Shown here: positions 26,490-32,000 of the stretch, piece by piece
Layout of the letters: each line of letters begins with the position of its first letter
Numbering within the stretch: position 1 is the first letter of the stretch
Assembly (NCBI GenBank): GCA_942492995.1
Contig: OW818653.1
Span: 300,001 to 332,000, forward strand
Reading direction: 5' to 3'
Source of the DNA: an uncultured Erysipelotrichaceae bacterium
GTDB lineage: Bacteria > Bacillota_I > Bacilli_A > Erysipelotrichales > Erysipelotrichaceae
DNA: 32,000 nucleotides
Notes under the pieces: generated by a model
Told to the model about the DNA's origin: nothing
Seen by the model: the letters and a program-made list of their open reading frames with translations, nothing else
Database searches by the model: none
Made by a program: the position numbers and the translations under genes

Positions 26490-27656
26490 ATGCGATTAAA
26501 GAAGAAATATAAAATCATGCTGTATGTATCCGCAACTTTACTTTTAGGTTGGGTACTAACCGTATCAGGAATTTCAGCATTTAAATACCTTAAAATGGTA
26601 GATGCGTATAATTTTGTGGTAGATGGAGAAGTACGTTTTACTATCCCAGCTGACAAACATGAAGAGTTGGAAATTTTCTTAACCAAATATAAATTACATT
26701 ATCTTTCATTGGCGAATATTTCACAAAACGCTGAAATACTCAGTGTTGAATTCAAACAGGATATTCAAATTAATCCGACAAAAGTAGATGAAAAAGAATT
26801 AGATAGCATTGAAGATTTAAAACTAGAATTCGAGAAGAATGAAGAAGAGGCGATTTATTATACTATTGTTAAAGGTGATAACCTCTGGGATATTGGGAAT
26901 GCACATGATATAAACCTTGCAAAAATGGTTGAATATAATTCATGGTTAACAGCAGAAAATGATTATATGATTCACCCTGATAAAGTGCTTATGTTTAAAC
27001 CAGCTAATCCATTATTTGATGTCGAAGTTCACTTACAAAACGTCGCAACTGAACCAGTCCCATTTGAAACGATTAAGATTCAAGACGCAAGTTTATATAC
27101 ATCGCAACGTGTCATTCTAAAAGAAGGCGTAGCGGGTGAGAAAAAAGTAGTTTATGATATAAAAATGGAGAATGGCTATGCGACAAGCATTGAACCAATT
27201 CAAGAAACTGTATTAGTTCAACCAATTAGTGCAGAAGTTAAAGTTGGCACAAAACGTACTTTATCATTTAGTGGTGGTAACAACTATGGTGTCACAACGG
27301 GTCGATTATCTAGTGGATATGGTTATCGTACACATCCAATATCAGGTGTAAGGACGTTCCATAATGGAATTGATATTGCGGCTTCTACAGGTACAGGTGT
27401 TTACTCATACGCATCAGGTACTGTAATTGCGGTAAGTCAAGATAATACATTAGGTAAATATATTGCGGTAGATCATGGTAATGGACTTGTAACACGTTAT
27501 CTACACTTATCAAAATTCAATGTCTCTAAAGGCGATAAAGTCTCAACAGGTGATCGAATTGGATCGGTTGGTAATACAGGTTATAGTACAGGATCACATT
27601 TACATTTCGAAGTATTGAAGAATGGTTCTTATCAAGATCCATGGAACTACATTTAA
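26490..27656 (+). CDS. LysM-G5-M23 peptidoglycan metalloendopeptidase
   Basis: ATG 26490 after AAAAGG. N-terminal TM helix. LysM (YYTIVKGDNLWDIGNAHDINLAKMVEYN). G5-like segment (FETIKIQDASLYTSQRVILKEGVAGEKKVVY). M23 motifs HNGIDIAA and GNTGYSTGSHLHFEV. Confidence 0.85.
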   Translation: MRLKKKYKIMLYVSATLLLGWVLTVSGISAFKYLKMVDAYNFVVDGEVRFTIPADKHEELEIFLTKYKLHYLSLANISQNAEILSVEFKQDIQINPTKVDEKELDSIEDLKLEFEKNEEEAIYYTIVKGDNLWDIGNAHDINLAKMVEYNSWLTAENDYMIHPDKVLMFKPANPLFDVEVHLQNVATEPVPFETIKIQDASLYTSQRVILKEGVAGEKKVVYDIKMENGYATSIEPIQETVLVQPISAEVKVGTKRTLSFSGGNNYGVTTGRLSSGYGYRTHPISGVRTFHNGIDIAASTGTGVYSYASGTVIAVSQDNTLGKYIAVDHGNGLVTRYLHLSKFNVSKGDKVSTGDRIGSVGNTGYSTGSHLHFEVLKNGSYQDPWNYI

Positions 27657-27681
27657 GAGAGTTAATCACTCTCTTTTTTTG
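27655..27681 (+). terminator. Rho-independent terminator
   Basis: Stem AAGAGAGT / ACTCTCTT (27655-27662 / 27668-27675), then a T-run. Confidence 0.7.
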
Positions 27682-27741
27682 TATAATAGAGTGTATAAAT
27701 TCTATTTGTAATAATCAAAAGAATTAGAATAAGAGGTTAAA

Positions 27742-28260
27742 ATGGAAATTTTTGATGCCTATGATGAACATGGGAATGAATTAGGTTTTGAGCTTGTAAG
27801 AGGTGATTCCATTCCTACAGGTGTTTATCACAAAATCGTTCAAATCTATACACTAGATGAAATGAATCGAATACTTATCACTAAACGTCATCCCCTAAAG
27901 CACTTTGGTTATTATTGGGAAATAACTGCTGGAAGTGTAATCAAAGGAGAGGATGAGTTAAATGCGGCTGTACGTGAATTATTTGAAGAAACTGGAATTC
28001 AAGTTGAAGTATCAAATTTACATCTAATTCAACATTATTTAGGTCAAAATTCTATTTGGTATACTTATATTCATAAAGTTAATATGAATGAACATCGTAT
28101 TCAATTAGCTGAGAATGAAACAATAGATTATCGTTTTATCACGATTGATGAATTCAATCATATGGTTCAAACAAAACAATTTCCTAGACCTTCATTAGAG
28201 TACTTTAAGTTATATAAAGATAATTTTATTGATAAGTACCTTCAATTCTCAACAAAATAA
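27742..28260 (+). CDS. NUDIX hydrolase
   Basis: Complete Nudix box GSVIKGEDELNAAVRELFEETGI (Gx5Ex7REx2EExG). AAGAGG RBS. Confidence 0.85.
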   Translation: MEIFDAYDEHGNELGFELVRGDSIPTGVYHKIVQIYTLDEMNRILITKRHPLKHFGYYWEITAGSVIKGEDELNAAVRELFEETGIQVEVSNLHLIQHYLGQNSIWYTYIHKVNMNEHRIQLAENETIDYRFITIDEFNHMVQTKQFPRPSLEYFKLYKDNFIDKYLQFSTK

Positions 28261-28323
28261 TTACATCATATTAAATGATTATTGAACTCATTATTGGTAT
28301 AATCATGTCCATTAGGAGATTCA

Positions 28324-28686
28324 ATGATTAAATTAATATTTCTATTTACGGGTACATTAAGTTTTGGTTTATCGATTGCGGGAGTGTTTTTACCCGTACT
28401 TCCAACAACCCCATTTGTCTTATTAGCGATTTATTTGTTTAGCAAAGGACATCCTGAAAAGGTTAATGAAGTACTTAATCATCCTAATTTAAAACCTTAT
28501 ATAAAAGATTACTTATCCAAAGATGGAATACCTCAAAACGCAAAAATAAGAGCACTTATCGTATTATGGGTAAGTATTCTAATTAGTATAATTTTCTTTA
28601 TTCCGTCTATCATTATTAGATTAGTATGTTTAACCAGCGCAACACTAGTCACAATTTACATAATTACACGTAAAACAAAGAAATGA
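28324..28686 (+). CDS. ybaN: YbaN-family (DUF454) small inner-membrane protein
   Basis: 120 aa. Conserved start region GVFLPVLPTTPFVLLA and four hydrophobic segments. AGGAG RBS. Confidence 0.75.
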   Translation: MIKLIFLFTGTLSFGLSIAGVFLPVLPTTPFVLLAIYLFSKGHPEKVNEVLNHPNLKPYIKDYLSKDGIPQNAKIRALIVLWVSILISIIFFIPSIIIRLVCLTSATLVTIYIITRKTKK

Positions 28687-28705
28687 ACCAATTGGTTCAT
28701 TTTTC
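28684..28705 (+). terminator. Intrinsic terminator (palindrome shared with the convergent gene)
   Basis: Perfect palindrome TGAACCAATTGGTTCA (28684-28699), then TTTTT. Overlaps the stop of the minus-strand gene. Confidence 0.55.
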
Positions 28706-29206
28706 GTTTAAATACTCGTTTTTTAGATTAACATATTCTTCCGCATTCCATTGAATGTGTTCAATCTCAGATTCTTTTAATGCTCGTTTACTAACAGCAG
28801 GTAATCCAACAATCAGATTACCAGACTCAATTACAGTTCTAGGTGATACAAGAGCACCTGCAGCGATTAGATTGTTAGAATGAATTATCGCATTATCAAG
28901 AACAGTTGATGTACTTCCAATTAATACATTATTATGAATCGTTGCGCCATGAACATGAGCTAAATGACCGATTGTGACATTTTCACCGATAAATACTTTT
29001 GTGTCTGGATCAACATGAATCACAGCCCCATCTTGAACATTTGATCCTTTACCAATCACAATCGTATTAACATCACCTCTTATAACAGCGGATGGCCATA
29101 TTGATACGTCATCACCCAGTGTCACATCGCCAATTACCGTTGCGGTTTCAGCTATATATACATTTTTACCTAATTTAGGTGTTTTATTTCGAAATGTTAG
29201 TATCAT
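28697..29206 (-). CDS. Gamma-carbonic-anhydrase-like / hexapeptide-repeat (LbH) protein, YrdA/PaaY-like
   Basis: ATG 29206 with GAGGA RBS (the ORF-track GTG at 29218 is less likely). KTPKLGKNVYIAETATVIGDVTLGDDVSIWPSAVIRGD, followed by repeated [LIV]-G-x4 hexapeptides and HLAHVHG. Confidence 0.8.
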   Translation of the reverse strand: MILTFRNKTPKLGKNVYIAETATVIGDVTLGDDVSIWPSAVIRGDVNTIVIGKGSNVQDGAVIHVDPDTKVFIGENVTIGHLAHVHGATIHNNVLIGSTSTVLDNAIIHSNNLIAAGALVSPRTVIESGNLIVGLPAVSKRALKESEIEHIQWNAEEYVNLKNEYLNEK

Positions 29207-29337
29207 ATTCTTCCTCACTTTATTATCTATTCTATCATATTTGATTTAATAATTATTATTAATAAAATCAATCTAATTATTAAATATATTAATATTATAT
29301 TGACATAAATTAATAATAATATAATATATATCTATAT

Positions 29338-30600
29338 ATGAACAAGAAACTATACAATAAAGATTATTTATTACTCTTACAAGGAAGCGCATTTTCAGTT
29401 TTTGGTGATATTTTATATAGTATCGCAATATCTGTATGGGTTTATGAGAAAACACATTCCACATCCCTTATGGGTATTATGGCATCCATCAGTTTATTTG
29501 TGACAATGTTTGGATCACCAATCGCTGGGGCGTTTGTGGATCGTGGTAATCGTAAATGGATTATCATTATGACAGATTTTATCCGTGCCATCTTGATGTT
29601 TGGGGTTGCGTATTTATCGTTCCAGGAGAATCTAAGTGTATTTATCGTTTTATTTGCGGCAATCGTTGCGGCATTCTGTCATTTATTTTTCGTGCCTGCA
29701 TCAATGACTGTAATGGTTGATTTAATCCCTGAAGATAAAATCATGAAGGGGCAATCACTACATCAAGGCATTGTAAGTTTATTAAACTTTGCGGGTAAAG
29801 CGTTAAGTGGCGTTCTCATTATTGTGTTTGGTGTATCTTGGATGATATTGATTAATGCGATTTCATTCTTACTATCCGCATTTTCTGAACTATTCATAAA
29901 TGTTCCTAAAACCATTAAAGCTCAAGATACTTTCACATTTAAGAAAGTCTTCGTAGATTTAAAAAAAGGTGCGCTTGAAACATTCAATGATAAGATATTA
30001 AGAAAACTCATTTTCTTAGCATTAAGCATCAATTTATTTAGTTCTGGTGTCTATCATTTATTCTTACCATTTACCGATCAAAAAGGTTTAGATATTGTCC
30101 ATTATGGCTATCTAATGTCGGTTTTATCGTTAGCGGGTATTGTCGGAATGGCGATTACCGCAAGTGTCGATTTCAAACCTAAGCAACAACACCAAATCAT
30201 GGTTTATGGATTTCTAATCGGTATGAGCATTGAAGCAATTGCCTATCTAAGTTCTGGATTCTATACATTAAGTATTTTGTTCTTCTTGGGTAATGTATTG
30301 GGTACAATTGCGAACGCATCTTTAAACGCAGTATTGATACTCGCAATACCAAAAGAGAAACGAGCATTAGTCATTGGGTTTGTGATGGCTGGAAGTTCAG
30401 GTGGAATAGCGTTATCATCATTAGGTTATGGATTATTAGCTGAATTTATCCCGTTAAGTATCTTAGGCGCAAGTGGTATGGTAATCGCATTAGTTCCGAT
30501 GATGTTGCTGGGATTTGATCGAAGAGTTAAAGCATTATTTCTTAAACAAGAAATAGTTAGTGAATCATTGGTTGAACAACTAAGCCAATCAAGCAATTAA
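29338..30600 (+). CDS. MFS transporter
   Basis: 420 aa with about 12 hydrophobic segments. The N-terminus LLLLQGSAFSVFGDILYSIAISVWVYEKT is typical of DHA3/EntS-like MFS proteins. No SD; preceded by a very AT-rich region. Confidence 0.75.
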   Translation: MNKKLYNKDYLLLLQGSAFSVFGDILYSIAISVWVYEKTHSTSLMGIMASISLFVTMFGSPIAGAFVDRGNRKWIIIMTDFIRAILMFGVAYLSFQENLSVFIVLFAAIVAAFCHLFFVPASMTVMVDLIPEDKIMKGQSLHQGIVSLLNFAGKALSGVLIIVFGVSWMILINAISFLLSAFSELFINVPKTIKAQDTFTFKKVFVDLKKGALETFNDKILRKLIFLALSINLFSSGVYHLFLPFTDQKGLDIVHYGYLMSVLSLAGIVGMAITASVDFKPKQQHQIMVYGFLIGMSIEAIAYLSSGFYTLSILFFLGNVLGTIANASLNAVLILAIPKEKRALVIGFVMAGSSGGIALSSLGYGLLAEFIPLSILGASGMVIALVPMMLLGFDRRVKALFLKQEIVSESLVEQLSQSSN

Positions 30601-30611
30601 TAAGAGATTTG

Positions 30612-30640
30612 TTGACACGATAATAGGGTTAAGCTAAAAT
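30612..30640 (+). promoter_or_regulatory. Sigma-A promoter of the antiporter leader
   Basis: TTGACA (30612-30617), exactly 17-nt spacer, TAAAAT (30635-30640). Confidence 0.6.
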
Positions 30641-30645
30641 TCTAT

Positions 30646-30726
30646 TGGGAATGAATGTCTCCCATCGAAAGAAAACCGCGTAAAGCTGATGACTTCTGTT
30701 TTTTTAACAGAGCATCAGCTTTTTTT
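30646..30726 (+). promoter_or_regulatory. Fluoride (crcB-motif)-like riboswitch, variant, with terminator expression platform
   Basis: P1 is UGGGA/UCCCA (30646-30650 / 30660-30664) with a loop AUGAAUGUC. The linker ends in AAAC (30673-30676). A mini-hairpin GC-GUAAA-GC is at 30678-30686. UGAUGACUUCU is at 30687-30697. Pseudoknot: G30653-A-A-(U)-G-U30658 with A30692-C-U-U-C30696. The terminator is AAAGCTGATG..TTCTGTT / AACAGAG.CATCAGCTTT (30682-30722) followed by a T-run. Matched from memory to the T. petrophila and B. cereus fluoride riboswitch sequences. Confidence 0.5.
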
Positions 30727-30737
30727 GGAGGAAAACT

Positions 30738-31925
30738 ATGTTAGTAAGTTTATCGCTCATGTTGTTACTGGGATTTGCATTAAGTGGAATATTTAAAATG
30801 CTTAATTTACCAGGTTTAATTGGTATGATCCTTGCTGGTATTATCTTAGGACCCTATAGTTTAAATCTAATCAGTCCATCTCTTTTAACAATCGCAGCTG
30901 AATTAAGACAAATTGCACTTATTGTAATTCTTCTTAGAGCAGGATTAAGTTTAGACCTTAAAGACTTATCAAAAGTTGGAAGACCTGCTTTTCTAATGAG
31001 TTTTCTACCTGCACTTTTTGAAATGGGAATGATTATACTAATTGCGCCAAAACTATTAAATATAACAATATTAGATGCGGCAATATTAGGTGCTGTTCTT
31101 GCAGCAGTTTCTCCAGCTGTTGTTGTACCTAGGATGTTACATCTTATGCAAGAAGGATATGGACATAAAAATAAGATACCTCAACTCATTATGGCTGGCG
31201 CAAGTCTCGATGATATCTTTGTCATAATACTTTTTACTTCATTTATTACCTTAAGACAAGGTCAATCAATCGATTTATCACTGTTTACTTCATTACCACT
31301 TTCAATCATTACAGGTATTGGATTTGGGTTTCTTATAGGTTACTTATTTGTCTTAATATTCAAAAAGATACACATGCGCGATACCATAAAAGTTTTACTC
31401 TTACTTAGTATTTCATTCTTAGTGTTAGGATTGGAAAAAACCATCTCAAATGTAATCCCATTCTCAGCACTACTTGCGGTTATGTCAATGGGCATAAGTA
31501 TTCTTCGTTTCTATCCTGTTCTTGCCCAACGCATCACTTCGAAATTCTCAAAGATTTGGGTCGCATCTGAAGTGTTTCTATTTATCTTAGTTGGTGCAGT
31601 CGTAAATCTAGCTAGTCTTCAATCGTATGTTTGGTTAATTATAATCGTTCTTATATTAGGACTAATCTCTCGTTTTATTGGTGTACAAACATGTTTAATA
31701 AAATCGAATTTTACATCAAAAGAACGATTATTTACGGGTATTGCATATATTCCTAAGGCAACTGTTCAAGCAGCGATTGGATCTATTCCGCTTACTCTAG
31801 GATTTAGTTCAGGAAATATCATTCTAAGTTCTGCAGTATTAGCGATATTAATCACTGCACCACTTGGCGCAATTGGAATCGATTTATTAAGCTCTAAATT
31901 ACTTACTAAAGACAAAAAGTATTAG
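30738..31925 (+). CDS. Cation:proton antiporter (Na+/H+ exchanger family, CPA-type)
   Basis: 395 aa, polytopic. The N-terminus LPGLIGMILAGIILGP and the AGASLDDIFVI segment (adjacent DD pair) are typical of the Na_H_exchanger family. GGAGG RBS. Confidence 0.8.
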   Translation: MLVSLSLMLLLGFALSGIFKMLNLPGLIGMILAGIILGPYSLNLISPSLLTIAAELRQIALIVILLRAGLSLDLKDLSKVGRPAFLMSFLPALFEMGMIILIAPKLLNITILDAAILGAVLAAVSPAVVVPRMLHLMQEGYGHKNKIPQLIMAGASLDDIFVIILFTSFITLRQGQSIDLSLFTSLPLSIITGIGFGFLIGYLFVLIFKKIHMRDTIKVLLLLSISFLVLGLEKTISNVIPFSALLAVMSMGISILRFYPVLAQRITSKFSKIWVASEVFLFILVGAVVNLASLQSYVWLIIIVLILGLISRFIGVQTCLIKSNFTSKERLFTGIAYIPKATVQAAIGSIPLTLGFSSGNIILSSAVLAILITAPLGAIGIDLLSSKLLTKDKKY

Positions 31926-31963
31926 ATATAATGTTGTACAATATTACCATAAAGAGGTACGTT

Positions 31964-32000
31964 ATGAACTCAATCTTAGAAAGCTTATATCACCGTAAAT
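31964..32000 (+). CDS. Start of an unidentified CDS (runs off the window)
   Basis: ATG 31964 preceded by AAAGAGG. Only 12 codons are visible (MNSILESLYHRK). Confidence 0.3.
   Translation, partial: MNSILESLYHRK

Noticed and set aside
1657-29218. Longer N-terminal extensions suggested by the ORF track (starts at 1657, 7889, 15724, 17358, 18326, 20320, 26233, 26484, 29218).
   Set aside because: In each case a downstream in-frame ATG has a properly spaced SD and/or avoids overlap with the upstream gene, and family N-termini begin there. The track starts are mostly GTG or TTG, or lie inside the preceding gene.
29219-29337. Palindromes and direct repeats (TTAATAATTATTATTAATAA and similar) as a possible mobile-element end, origin-like element or CRISPR-like repeat.
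   Set aside because: The repeats are short, imperfect and made only of A/T, as expected by chance at this composition. There is no flanking transposase, integrase, spacer periodicity or target duplication.
153-29464. Antisense or overlapping ORFs in the six-frame track: 153-344(-), 599-868(-), 869-1165(-), 1568-1879(-), 2696-3001(-), 5978-6211(-), 6530-6718(-), 7298-7576(-), 7577-7801(-), 8684-8899(+), 9476-9691(+), 13169-13540(+), 16458-16703(-), 17837-18079(-), 18019-18201(-), 18360-18566(+), 19535-19717(+), 22299-22487(-), 22514-22729(-), 23754-24050(-), 25278-25529(+), 25650-25832(+), 26444-26686(-), 29273-29464(-).
   Set aside because: Each lies inside or against a longer ORF with clear family motifs and an RBS. 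They have no SD and low-complexity, hydrophobic or Ser/Ile-rich translations typical of the wrong frame in AT-rich DNA.
30640-30737. Na+ (DUF1646 motif) or Li+ (nhaA-I) riboswitch as the identity of the antiporter leader.
   Set aside because: This is not firmly rejected. I cannot recall those consensus sequences well enough to match them, whereas the fluoride-class elements (AUGA loop, AAAC, UGAUGA, pseudoknot register) can be aligned explicitly. It is kept as a competing hypothesis in the finding.
1-32000. Defence islands, toxin-antitoxin pairs, prophage or IS remnants, tRNA or rRNA genes.
   Set aside because: No nuclease/ATPase/methylase-type defence gene pairs, small adjacent TA-sized ORF pairs, integrases, transposases, long terminal repeats or cloverleaf-capable GC-rich ~75-nt segments were noticed. 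The DUF853/YjgR ATPase is solitary and of the common housekeeping-type architecture.

Overview
This is a low-GC, Bacillota-type chromosomal segment (GC judged by eye). Positions 1-8300 hold a tightly packed late-flagellar region. It starts with a ParA-like/ComFB/PilZ operon, followed by flgM-flgN-flgK-flgL-(yviE-like)-fliW-csrA-(helical ORF)-fliD-fliS. There is no flagellin gene. The remaining ~24 kb is a mosaic of housekeeping and accessory genes:
- two alpha/beta hydrolases flanking a HIBADH-type dehydrogenase
- a GAF-GGDEF diguanylate cyclase
- a ypfJ-like peptidase plus a Sua5/YwlC-type synthase
- a COG1237-type MBL hydrolase
- a zinc-ribbon membrane protein plus metallophosphoesterase pair
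- two tandem nucleoside hydrolases plus a PhnB-like VOC protein
- mntP, a DUF853/YjgR ATPase and a P2-type (Ca/Mn) P-type ATPase
- an LCP protein and a LysM-G5-M23 peptidase
- Nudix, YbaN, a gamma-CA-like protein, an MFS transporter and a cation:proton antiporter
I saw no rRNA, tRNA, CRISPR, IS or prophage signatures. Three things are most noteworthy. (i) The translationally coupled ParA-like/ComFB/PilZ module sits directly in front of flgM, with an intact GGDEF cyclase 10 kb away. This is the best candidate here for undescribed biology: a cyclic-di-nucleotide checkpoint on flagella. (ii) Two cis-regulatory leaders were recognised by eye: a yybP-ykoY (Mn2+) riboswitch ahead of the P-type ATPase (mntP lacks one), and a variant fluoride (crcB-motif)-like riboswitch ahead of the antiporter. 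(iii) Several genes have no Shine-Dalgarno and a -10 box placed for leaderless transcripts. I found no clear defence-type system. All family calls rest on motif recognition from memory, not on database searches.
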